Of a stretch of DNA of 64,000 nucleotides, positions 13,041-26,000 are shown piece after piece. This DNA comes from Octopus sinensis (lineage: Eukaryota): assembly GCF_006345805.1 (NCBI RefSeq), contig NC_043001.1:115754001-115818000 (forward strand). Reading direction: 5' to 3'. Position 1 is the stretch's first letter; each line of letters starts with the position of its first letter. The position numbers and the translations under genes were made by a program. Under the pieces are notes generated by a model. That model had not been told where the DNA came from and did not search any database. It worked only from the letters and a program-made list of their open reading frames with translations.

Positions 13041-13457
13041 ACTGATCTCTTTTCCTAAATAAAATTTAAAGAGCTCCCAGATATTTAGCCATAAGTCTTT
13101 AAATCTTTAAACTGTTTCAACTTCAAAGTTGTGGTCATGCTGGGGCACTATTTATAATGGCATTTGACCATAAGTTTATTTCCCCTGTATATTCAACTTG
13201 CATGATAAAACTACACAAATTCCAACAATGCAATTAGATACATAGTTCCAGAAGAATAAAACAATGCTCACCTGGTTTGGAATCACAGGATATTATATAT
13301 TTTTTTCCTTCACTCAAAAACCTACAGCCAAACCAACCAACATATACAAAAGACTAGAATCTTACAGTTAAAAATTTTTTTTCATATTTGAATTAAAAAA
13401 AGAAAATGATAAAAACAGAAGATAAAAATTTTCAAAAGATACTCCATTTATACTCAC

Positions 13458-13715
13458 AATAAATAGTTAAATTCTTTTCACGAGACACATTTGCAGCAAT
13501 ATGAATGCCCAGACACTTGACTGTTTGATGAAATTTGGAAGGTTTTACATTAATTTCAACTTCTTCTTTACTAGTATTTGAGTATTTTTCATATTTCAGG
13601 GTTACACTTGCTGGTGGATCACCACCTTTCCAACTGCAGCGGAATTTGATTGGAGTATCAACGCATACTTTTCCTCTAGAAACATTTAGTGTTAAGTCAT
13701 CTCTTTCTGGAGAAT
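13458..13715 (-). CDS. Ig-like domain exon (second seen)
   Basis: aaattcatAG acceptor, GTGAGT donor, 258 nt, phase 1/1. Reads (Y)SPER...IKFRCSWKGGDPPASVTL...TVKCLG...NLTIY. GGxPP resembles nephrin/Kirre C2-type domains. Confidence 0.88.
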
Positions 13716-13869
13716 CTATGAATTTCAGAACATAAAGAGTTAAAAGAAAAACAAACAAAATCAAATTAGTGCACTTAATAAAAGAACAAAAAAGTAAAGA
13801 AAAAAAACAAACCAGAAGTATATTTTGAAGAAAATGAGCAATTTTTCAAAATTTTAAAAATATGTTTCT

Positions 13870-15242
13870 AATAATAAAGATTTGAACGTTGGTCACGTTT
13901 GTAATAAATCAGGTACAATTTTGAGAGGAGGGGCTATGTCAGTATCAATGACCCAAGATGGGTTCTCTCTTTTACTAGCCTTGAAGAAATGAAAGTCAAA
14001 AAATCAATTTCAATAGAATTTGAACTCAGAATGTAAACAGGCCTAACTAAATAATGCATTGTATTTTGTCCCATCCTCTGCTGATGCTGCATATTTACCA
14101 CATTAATTACTTTGGATTTTAGGGCAGTGAGCAGGCAGAACCATTAGCATATCAGGAAAAATGCTTAGTGGCATTTCAAACAACTTTATATTCTGAGGTC
14201 AAATTTTGCTGAGATGAACTTTGCATTTCATCCTTCCAGGGTCAATAAAATAAGTACCAAGTAGGACACTGGAGTCAACATAATCAACTTACTCCAACTC
14301 CTAAAATTGCAGGCCTTGTGCCAAAATATGAAACCAATAATTACTTTTGATTTTTGCAAAAAGCCAGCAATTTCGAGGTGAAGTGTGTTAGCTGATAACA
14401 TCAACCACCTGACTTTATTTCTTTATTTTTATCAACATTGGAAGGACTAAGGGTGAATTTAATCTCACTAGGAAATGAATGCGAATATTGCAACACATCT
14501 TGTTTGACACATCTTGTCTGTCAGATTGATACCATAATAATAATAATAATCTAAAACTAAAGGCACAAGGCCTGAAATTTGGTGGGAGGGGGCTAGTTAA
14601 TTACATCAACCCCAGTATTTCACTGGTACTTAATTTATCAACCCCAAAAGGATTAAAGGCAAAGTCAACCTCTGAGGAATTAACTCAGAAAGTAGGAATG
14701 GGTGAAATACTGCTAAACATTTTGCCTGGTGTGCCAATGATTCTGCCAGCTTGCCATCTTGAATAACAATAACCCTATTATGGGCTCAAGGAGTGAAATT
14801 TTGAGGGAGGTGGGGTTAGCCAATTACAATGACCCTAGTCATCTGTAAAGATGAAAGACAACCTCGTGCCATTTGAATTCAGAATATAAAGACAAATGAA
14901 ATGTTGCAAACATTTTGTTTAGCATGCTAATGGTCTTGTCAGTTCACTGCCTTAACAATAATAATAATGATTTCAAATTCTGGCTCAAAGTCAGCAATTT
15001 TGAGGGTGGGGCATGGTGATTACATCGATCCCAGGGTTCAACTGGCACTTATTTTATCAGCCTCGAAAGGTTGAAAGGTAAAGTTGACCTCAGCAAAATT
15101 TGAACTCAAAACATACAAATGGACGAAATGTTGTTAGGAATTTTGCCTGGTGTGCTTACAATTCTGCTAGCTTACTGCCACAATAATAATGATGATAATA
15201 ATAATAATGATAATAATAATAATGATAATAATAATAATGATG

Positions 15243-15275
<33 letters not shown>

Positions 15276-15480
15276 GTGACAGTTAGACAATTTTCCAGGA
15301 ATTAATCAATATCACCAATATTATATAATTTTATTTTGTTTTATCAACACCAAAAGAGTGAAAAGTACACCTGACCATTGCAAGATTAGAACTCAGTACA
15401 TAAAGTGTTGGAACAAACACCACAAAGCATTTTTCTAATGCTTCAAAGATTCTGCTAATTTGCTACATTAACAACAACAG
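13870..15480. mobile_element. Cluster of about 7 SINE copies or fragments, mostly minus strand, with (AAT)n spacers
   Basis: Recurrent aatttgaactcagaa, aaagtcaacctc and cactggtacttaatttatcaaccc motifs. (AAT)n at 15181-15273. Confidence 0.75.
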
Positions 15481-15639
15481 CAACAATTTCTTTCATTTGC
15501 AAGCTGGGTGATGGATGAGGGAGACAATACACAAAGATGAACATAAAATGTGGTGATTTAGATAGAATTGCATGATAAAAATGTGTAGAAAACATACACA
15601 GTAAAAATACAAAACAAGGTAAGATGTATACATAGTTGT

Positions 15640-16830
15640 TGGCACCACTCTGTCCAGATTTGGTTCATCTGATGCCTCCACAATGCTTAAACTTGACATG
15701 GCTCAGAAGGCCAAGTCAGGAATGGAACAACCTCAGGCATTGACTGCATGGCAGGGTGGGTGTGGGCTTGGCTGGAGTTGTCAGGCCTTGCATTGCCTTC
15801 TTTTGCTTCTTCTTCAGTCTTTCGCCTCAAAAGTGAAATGAATTGCTCTTCGCCAAGGTGGACAGTTGACAATTTCAGTTTCCAGGTATTAAGGGTGATT
15901 GCAGCTTGAAGGAGGGAAGACTTCAGTTGTTCTTTGAATCTGCAGTTTGGGGGTCTTCAATGTCATTTGCCATTGCCAAACTCACTGTAGAGGATGGGGC
16001 TGTTCAGATGATATAATGTCTTGACCACTTGAGGCAATGCTTGAGGATGGCAACTTCAATGCTTGGCATTTCTGAGTGATCGAGGACTTTGTAGATGATG
16101 TGTCAGTCCTGCCATTTGATATTGAGGATCTGTTAGAGCTTAGCTGGTTGGAAATGCTCAAACTTTTTCAAGTCTTTTCAATACAGAGTCCATGTCTCAC
16201 ATGTGTGGAGCAAGGTGAAGATGACAAGGACATGGAACACCATGAATTTTGTTCAGAGAGGGAGCCTGTGGTTGTTGAATACATGCTTGCTGTGTCTTCT
16301 AAAAGCCAAATGGGTGGATTTGATGCAGTGGTCGATGTCCCTTTTGTATGGTGCAGATTGTGAGAGAGTGCTGCTGAGGTACTGGAAATAACTGATGACT
16401 TCCAGAGGTGTCCCCTATGTTGACAGTAGCTTCTAGTATTTCTTGTCCAAGAACAGACTACACAAGTCTTTTCATTTTATCCTCATTCACTTCCATCCCA
16501 AAGCAATGGTAGGTTTCTAAGACAAGAGTCAAACAGTGCTGGAGGTCAACAACAGAGGCGATAGGAGTAGCACTGTCATTTGTGTACTGGAACTTCTTGA
16601 TGCTGCTATTTGATGTTCAAGTTTTGGATCTTAGGCGTGCAAGGTTATAGAGTCTGCTATGCAGGTGATAGCGGATATTGACACTGAGAGAGTCATGTGG
16701 GATTTCATTGAGCATCACCATCAGGTTGAAGGAGAACAAGGTAAGAGCCAGATGCAGCTTCTTTCAGACCTCTGGAGATGAAGAATGATTCAGAAAGTGC
16801 ATTTAGTTTGCAAACATCCTACCATGCCAT
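15640..16830 (-). mobile_element. Old RTE (BovB-like) RT fragment
   Basis: Decayed RT C-terminal half of a subfamily distinct from the PHD-bearing RTEs, with many stops. Confidence 0.6.
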
Positions 16831-17312
16831 CATAGAGATGTGAGATCTCAAGTTGGTGATCGGTCCAGCAATCTATTTGTTTGTACACTGACCACTGAAA
16901 ATACTCAATAAAATTGATAATATTTCAGACTTTGCTTGTTATTGACCATTCTGCACATAACAGTTCACTTATTTTCTAAAAATGGATTAGTGGGAGTCAA
17001 CTTGGTGGTGTATTGGCAATCCATGTATCATTTCACTATGATGTCTACATGTCCTTATAAAAAGCAAAGTTTGTATGTTTCTAGGTTGACCACTGAAAAC
17101 ACTAAATAAAATTGGCAACATTTCAGGATTTTCATATCATTTGAATTAATCTAACCATTCTGCAGATAACTGTGAACTTATTTTCTGAAAACTGAATGAA
17201 AAGGGGGCAAGTAGAAGGTGTACTGGCTACTATTTCTAGCAATTCACATACAGTCTATTTCACTATCATGAATGCTGAAAATACTAAATAAAATTGATAG
17301 TATTTCTGGTTT

Positions 17313-17680
17313 TGTGTGTCAAAGTGGCTGAGTTCCTTTCAAGTGTTGGGGCTCACGGAGGCAATGACCAAGACCTTTGGCATTATGTCATGTTTGAGAA
17401 GAAGACCCATCAAGCCAAACAAAATCAGTTGCAACAAATACAAGTGTCACACTAATTGGCACCTGTGCCTGAGGCTCATAAACACACCCCAGTGTCATGC
17501 CAGTGGCATGTAAAAGCACCCATTACACACTCAGAGTGGTTGGCATTAGGAAGGGCATCCAGCTGTAGAAAACGATGCCAAATCTGACTGGAGTCTGGTA
17601 CAGCCTTCCAGCATACCAGCCCAGTCAAACCATCCAACCCATGCCAGCACGGCCAATGGATATTAAATGATGATGATGAT
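17313..17680 (+). mobile_element. RTE 3' tail fragment
   Basis: ggcattaggaagggcatccagctgtagaaa...ccaacccatgccagc...(GAT)n. Confidence 0.85.
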
Positions 17681-19269
17681 TCCGCACATAACTGTACACT
17701 TATTTTCTGAAAATAGATGGGGGTGACTTGGTGGTGTATTGGCTCCTATTTCTAGCAATCTACATACTATTTCACTGTAAAAAAAACAAAGTTTGTTTTT
17801 ACACTGACCATTGTAAACAATAAATATAAAAAGCAAAGTTTGTTTGTTTATGTAGTGAAAAAATACATTTGTTAATATAGATATGTATATACATTAATAC
17901 CTAATACATTATTCATCATTATCTCATTTGAATTTCGTTTTCATGTATTATCAGTTTTCATGTTACATTTGATAACATCTATAAACAAGATTTTTGTCCT
18001 TGGTAGCAACTGTTATTTCCTATATATTTACCCCTAGAAAGTATAAAAAATGGCTTATATTCCTTTCAAACTTTGCTTTTGTTACATTTATTCAAACCCC
18101 AAAGATTCCTCTCAACACAGGGCTATAATGCTCCACCACTACTCCAGCTCACAATTAGAGATGCACAGATTGTCAACCAATAACAGACATGCTCAAGTGA
18201 TAAAGATCAAGCAAATGACAAGCAAATATGTGCTATCAAGCAGATTATATGTTACAACAATATTTCTGCTTCAGCAGCTCAGCAGTGAATCAGTCTGAAG
18301 TATAATGGAAATGAGACAGTTTCAAAACATTGATGACTTGATCACAATAGCAAAGTTTGAAGGTGATGCTACTCATTCCCTTTGATTTATAGATAGAAGC
18401 AAATAAGAAATAACACTAACTGACCAAAGAAAAACAAAATTAATTAACATTTTGTTACAGTGTAATTTGGTCTCATTTTCATCCTATTATTATATTTAGT
18501 TTTTTTTTTGCATCAATTATATGGTGTATATTCTTCAACCTGTAATTACAAACACAACCGTTTTCATTTTAATGATTTATTTAGATTTCAGTTTCATCTG
18601 AATTCATGGGCATGTCACATAGACATATGTCCATTATGGACAAATGTTTAATAGTTACCTATATCTATCCTTTTAAATATATTATTCTAAGAATTTTACA
18701 ATATGGACTGATAAACTAACATGTTAAAAATATTTCTCATAATTCACATCATTTTCAGGCAACAATCAACTCCAACTTACAATTTTCTATTAAAAATTTA
18801 CACACAAACACATACATATCTATCTATATGTATCTATATACATACATGCATATAAATATGTATGTATATGTAGCACTTGTCACTATGTCAAAATTATTCT
18901 ATTGACTTGTGAACTGTTTTCATGAGTGCATAATATATGGATACACGTAATGCATATAAACATTGTGGACCCACGAGCATGTCACTACTAGTAATGCAGG
19001 CTTCATGTATGCACTTATGCATACAAGTGTATGTCTATATATATGTGTGTACAATGTGATGCTGGTTATGATTTAGAAATGTATATTATCATGATGTGCA
19101 CAGCTACTTCTCTATTGCCAAAGACTAATTGTTGCCTTAATAATAATAATGTCAAAGACTTCCAATTTACCTGAAACCTCCACCATAGTTGCATATCCAC
19201 AAAAGATAATCAGAACCGATGGAAATTTTAATTGTTATCTATGTTGCAACCTGTACCTGTACCTGCTTA

Positions 19270-20145
19270 CTCTAGGCTGAAGGACCCACTATATTCAAGC
19301 AAGCAACCGCCAAGATCCTGATTTTGAAAACATCACAACTTCCCTCCCAGGCTTCCTAGATTCACAAGCTCAGAGCTGCCACAATCAATGTCAGAACAAG
19401 GAAAGGTACGTCTGGTGAGATTGTTGAAATGCTTGAGTGGAGGCATGTGGATGCAAGAGGTATGATGAAAGTGAGCCTCAACTAGACTGCTCACAAACCA
19501 AAATAGAAAAGGAGGTTATGGAAGCTCAAGTATCCTTCAAATGGGCAAAGACTTTAGAGATGTTCTTAATGAAACCTTTTGTGAGTAGGTAGAGATGGAG
19601 TCATGCAACATCGAGGACAACTGGGATTTCTTATGGGACAATCAACAGAATGTGACAGATCAAACCTGTGATTGGAGCAAGGCTTCTGTCAGACCAAGGT
19701 TGACAAAGTGGTGAAACAGTGAGATTGATGGAGTTATAAAAGAAAGGAGACAGGCTTGGAAATAATGGAAGAGTGTGGGTAGTAAAGAAACATATCAGAT
19801 AGCTAAAAAAGAAGCAAGGCATCAGGTATATTTGGCTTGGGCAGAAACAGAAAGGAAGAGTTTTGCCAATGTTTTACAGTGTGAAGATCAGAGATTTGAG
19901 GTATTTCAGATTGCTAGACCGTGTGTTAGAGAGAAACAAGATGTTGTGGGGGAGAAGGATGTACCAACAGATAATGGTATGCTTGCTCTTAGTGATCCTG
20001 AAAAGAAAGAGGCATAGAAAAGTTATTATGAAAGACTATTAAATGTGGAGAATGAATGGAAGAAAGAGAGTCTCCATCATGTGAACCCAACACAGGGACC
20101 ATCTATCCTAGTTGACAGTAGCATGATACATAAGGCAATTAAAGA
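19270..20145 (+). mobile_element. Degenerate RTE LINE (endonuclease and linker)
   Basis: GEIVEMLEW-like and KKEARHQVYLA...FEVFQIAR motifs, as in the other RTE copies. Confidence 0.75.
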
Positions 20146-20147
20146 TA

Positions 20148-21437
20148 CGAGGTAGTATCAAAAAGTTCCTGGACTAGCTATGTTTAATAAAAAGTGACTT
20201 ATTTACTTACTAACTCTTAACATCATCTCCTTCGAAATAGTAACCTTGTGTGACAATACTCTGGTCCCAGCGCTCCTGCCTCTTTTGGAATCCAACCTGA
20301 AAGTTGTTTTCCATAAGTGAGTTGAAGACCTTCTGTGATTAAAAGTATTAGAACCGTGACCATTGAGCTGCATTTTCATCTTGGGAAATAGATGGAATTC
20401 TGCAGGCACTAAATTTGGCGAACATGGTGGGTGTGGAAGTCATACCATATTGTTTTGGGGGAGAAACTCATGAGTGAGGGGAGCTTGGTAACAGGGTACA
20501 CTGTTATGAAGAATCCAATTCTTCACACTCCATAAATCCGGTTGCTTTCACGAAATGTCCCTTCCTCAAATGTTTCAAAATATCACAGTAGAAGTTACAA
20601 TTGACAGTCTGGCTCTGGAGGATGAACCCTCAATGCACAATATCACAGATGTCGAAGAAAATGATGAGCATGTTCTTGATTGAGCTGTGACTCTGTCGTG
20701 CCTTCTTCAGTCATTGATATGAAGGGCTCTTCCACTGTGATGACTGCTGCTTTGTCTCAGGGTCAAACCTGTAGGCTCAACTCTTGTAACTGGTGATGAT
20801 CCTTGACATAAAAGATGAGTCATCAGTGGCATGCTGACGAAGATCTTGACAAACTTCAACATGATACTCTTTCTGCTCTGTAGGTGAGAGACAAACTTGG
20901 CAGAGACACACCACATGTTCAATTCAGATGTTAGGATTGGCCAGCATGGACCCATACACAGACCAACGACATCAGCAATGTCATTGATTCCTCCGACACA
21001 GCCCTCATGCACAAGCTGATTAATTTTCTCCACTTTTCTGGGGGTGATTCTTGATGCAAGTCTTCCAGATTGCTCAGTGTCTTTCAGGAATGTTCTTCCA
21101 CTTTTGCAGCGCCTGTGCCACTCAAAATATTGTGTATGTTCCTTTGCCTTGTTACAAGAATGCTGCCAGAGCTTGCTCAATGTCTCTGTAGCAGACTTGC
21201 AAAATTTCAGGTTGGTTCTTTGTTCAATTTTATGTCTGTGACAAAATTATAGACTACAGAATACACATGATCACAAAAGCACAAATTTCACAACTTGTAA
21301 TGTAAACACAGCGATACCATTTGACACACTACTTTGAGAAGGTCACTACTTCACAGCTTCCATTGCACATGCAACTGTATGCTGCCAACTGTTGGCACAC
21401 TATAGAACTAGTCTGGGAACTTTTTGATACTACCTCA
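20148..21437 (-). mobile_element. Full-length decayed mariner (about 1.29 kb)
   Basis: 30-bp TIRs cgaggtagtatcaaaaagttcctggactag / ctagtctgggaactttttgatactacctca, TA on both sides. Transposase remnants EWHRRCKSGR...SAKFV and FHLFPKMK. Confidence 0.92.
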
Positions 21438-23079
21438 TATCTTACTGATGGATAAACATGTATTTAACCGAATAGTAATTGTCCATTTTTATTATTATTA
21501 TTGTGTGTATGTATGTGTGTGTTAATGTATCATCATCCTTTTAATACCAAATGTTCCATGCTCACATGGAACTGTGGACATGAAGACAGATTTCTTATAA
21601 CCAAATGCCTTTCCTAATGACAACTCTCACTTATTTCCCAGTAAGGTAATATTTCCCTATTGATCAGACATGTTTTCAAAGACAATTGGAAATAAAAGGC
21701 ACCATATGCATGATAGTGTCACTCATCACATAATGTTAAGGCAAGGAGACAGTAACATACACACATACATACATCTAAGCATACATATGGTAGGATTCTT
21801 TCAGTTTTTACATGGCATTGGCAGCAGTAACATCACTAAGTCAGTAACTTGCAAGGCAAGATTCCTCAACTGAGAGGAGGAAGAGTATCAAAAGAAGTGG
21901 TTCTGTGCTAAGTGATAAGAGTTTAGAGTATGAATAGAGGGACAGAAATAGTTGCCTTGCAGTAGAGGAGATGCATGGCTACCTCAGCTGGAAAAAGAGA
22001 GGAAGGGTGAGAGAGATGATTATGTGATGGGGGGAGTGCACTCAAGTTACAGGGAGGTGTAAGTGATTGGATAGGGTGAGTGGATGGGTAAGTTTATGAG
22101 AATGCAAAAGAAGAGTGAAAGGTGGAGGGGAAGGTCTGTAGCAAGTGGACACAAGCAGACAGAAGTGGAATGTTAGGAGGATATGTTGTTGGGAAGAGAT
22201 TTGATGGGGACACATTTTATGCAGGTAGGTTTGCAAAGGTGCAAAGGGAGAGTGGGAGATAGAAGGAAGGGGAATACAGTGAGTGGTGAATATGGGTGGA
22301 AGGAGGGGGAGGTGTTTGGATTGTGGGGAAGAAGCTTGCCTGGAGCATAGACATAAATGCCTTAATTGTCCTGATTTTACTTAGCTGGATGAATCTTCTC
22401 AAGCACAGCGAATCACCAACTGTTTCACAGGGGTTTAGTTGATTACAATGATTCTATTACTTGACTGGTACTTACTTTATCGACCCAAAATGATGGAAGG
22501 CAAAATCACTAGATACATCTCAAACAGTGAACAGTTGGACCTATATGCAACAATGAAATCCCTCAAATTGCTAGTCTTTCCAGTGTATCACTGTGCAGGT
22601 GATACCACAAAACAAACACAAATAAGTAAAGAAAATACTTTTATTTAAAAATTCAAACCATGGTTGAGTAGGCTACAAAAACATCAAAAATATACAATTT
22701 GCCACTCACTGTGAATGCTTTTCATTTTTGTATGAAGATCCCTGCTGATGGAAGTGAATATGGTCTTGTTTCTGTTAAGGACATTGCTGATGTAGGGATC
22801 ACTTAGTATTCAAGCCAACATTACAAAGTCATCAATAAATGCTGATATCCAAGTTACACAGCCTATCCACTTCAACTTCCAATGAGTTTATTGTATTTAC
22901 TTTTTTTGTAGTTCTCTATCACCATTCAAATATTTTTCTTAAACATTACTGCATTTAAAATAAACTTCACCTCCTTATAAACTTCTGCCTCTCTTTTTAG
23001 GCAAGTTAGGCTACTGCCTTATTATAAGAATTGTCCACATTTTCAAGATTATACAAAGAACAAATGAGACACTAATACT

Positions 23080-26000
23080 TCCCCTTAGATAATTAAGATA
23101 ATAACTACTCATACAGCAACTAGACACAATCCCAAGGCTAAAAGAGCCCAAAATTCAGGCGTAACTTTTATTAAGCATAGCTATTGTTCTGATTGTCACA
23201 AGACATATCTACTGCATTTAACCTTTGAAGTGGCCTTTACATATGGTCATCACATGACATTAATGCATAAATGTAGCAGAGAATTTACCATAGAAATCCC
23301 TTACCTCACTATGTGACCATTCTCATCCAATCAATCTGTACATTAACTGTTAGTGATCTGAGTCTCACTCTCTCTATAAAAACACATTTTAGAACAACAG
23401 CTAGAGGCAATACAGTAGCTGAAACAGCTCTATGTTCCTCAAATCTTATAATTTTGAAAATCATACAAATGTGGAAACAGTTAAGTGCATTAATATTAAT
23501 ATATCTTCCTATACACTCTCAATGCATTTTTAACATTTTAAAAATTTCCTTTATATAACTACTACTACTTATATGGATTAATCACCATTTTTTCTATACA
23601 TATTCCCCACACAAGGAACGAAAATGTCATCAAAAACCAACCGAAACAAAAATAGATGGAGCAAAGATATTCTTAAATAACTGCAAAAGATATCTTCTAA
23701 ACTTTCAATCTGACCAAAAATATTGATCAGTTTCAGAACTGTACCAAAGGAACTTGGGCAACAGGAGTGAACACACAACAAGAGTAATATGTAGTACCTC
23801 TGAGTTGTAATGTATTAGCAGTATGGGTAGGGATTCCTTTCTTCAACTTGTATATAGATAATAACGGATGCTGAACAGTCTGTAATCAAAAACTTCTACT
23901 GCGTAAGAATCTATGAAATTTTTTATAACAAAAATAATTGCTAAATTGCTAGAGCCTATTTCTCAATTTGGCTGAAATTTTTTCTGCTGGTATCAGAGAA
24001 AGTGAGGCATGACCCACAGTCTTCATGTTATGTAGCATTTATGTAGCATTACTGCCTCTGATACCATACTCAGAGGCATTTGAAGCTACAACTATCACAG
24101 ATACAGGATCAAAATGTACTAACAACAAATCAGATGGTAATATTTTCTTCACTTTGTCGAATGCCTTCTGACAGTTTTCAGACCAATTCCACTTTTACAT
24201 CTTCTTCTAGTAGATTATTTAGTGGAGCTCTTACCTTATATATCTTTGGTATATCACTTTGATGGTAGTTTTCAAGTTCAGAAAAAGGTTTTAAGTAGAT
24301 ATAGTTGTCAAAGAGGGCATATTTTTAAATGCATCTGCCTTTGATGGATCTGGTTGATGACCATCTTTATCAATAATTTGCCCTAAACATTTGATTTTCG
24401 GTAGGAATTCACACTTGTCCTCACTCAAAGTGAAGCTGTAATCCCTTATTTTTTCCAACACATATTTTACGTGCTCTACATACAGGTCCCAAGGTTCACT
24501 TTTAATTACTATATTGTCCAGGCAGGTCATCACGAAGTTGCACTCTGCAAGCATCATATCCATCTTTAGTTGGAATATAGTTGGAGCAACTTTTATGTCA
24601 GAAGGAAGTCCATTAAATTGATATAATCCCTTATGAGTGTTTATTGTTAATACTTTTGAACACTCCTATCCACTTGTATCTGTAGGTATGCTTTGAAAAA
24701 ACTTTCCCACCATTTGACTTAGCAAAAATTCCTTCTGGACCTGGTAACAATTAATTATGAGTGATCAAACACTTGTTTAACCCTGTTGAAAAATCAACGC
24801 ATACCTGGATTTTGTTTTCTTTTCTTTGACGTAAACTGTTGGTGATGCCCATTCAGCATGATCAATTTTTCCAATAACCTCAAGCTTTTCAAGTCTATTC
24901 AATTCCCCATCAACTTATTTCAATGCTGTGAAAGGTACAGTTTGTTTTGGTTTAAATACCGGAATAATGTCTTCTTTTACTTGAAACTTCACCTTTCTTT
25001 TGGTGCAAAGACCTAATTCATCAGGAAAGAACTTCAGGAAAAATCATTTTCAATTTTTATTTTAATTCCCCTGACACCTGATTTGTACTGGTGGAAAGAC
25101 CATTCACATTTTTACAGGAAAAATATATGGAAAGATCCCATAAGTTAAATAATTCCATTCAGTCTGTTCCAAATAAATTTGTCCTATTATTTAGTACAAA
25201 AACTTTGGATTTCAAGGTTTTTCCATGAAATGTAACATCACTTATCATTTCACCCTTGAAATGTAATTTTTTTCCTGAAACACCACATGCAATTTTTGAA
25301 GTTTCTTTCAATTTAGGTTTCCCAATTTTCTCCCTGTATCTGTGTTAACTCTTTAGTGTTCAGATTAATCTGTCAAATGTACTGCTTATTTGTTCACGTT
25401 ATTTTGAATTTTTCAGGTTCAAGAGGGGTGTCCACAATAATTGCTTGTAACTTTGTTATTTTTTATATATAGATTTGAAATTTTGTCAGTGGGTGCTTAT
25501 ATACCAAAAGATTATAGTTATGTAATTTTAGCTGATCTTGTTGATTAACTTTGACTTTTATGTGCAAGTAAATTTAATTAACAGTAATAACATTATGGAT
25601 AAACACTAAAACTGAAATTTTTAATGCATCTTACCTATATGATTTGTTGCTAAACTTATCCCCGATCTCAGCCATTAACAATTTTGCCACTTTTCAAGAA
25701 GAAGCACATTAATTTGAATTACAGTTATAATTAGCATAAGATTTTATTCTTTCCCTGTATTTCATTCAAATATTCTTATCGAAAATTATCATCATCATCA
25801 TTTCACATCCGCTTTCCATGCTGTCATGCGTTGGACGATTTGCCTGAGGTCTGGCAAACTAGATGGCTGCACCAGACTCCAGTCTGATCTGGCAGAGTTT
25901 CTACAGCTGGATGCCCTTCCTAACACCAACTACTCCAAAAGTGTAGTGGGTGCTTTTACATGCCACTGGCACAAGGGCCAGGCAGGCAGTACTGGCAACC

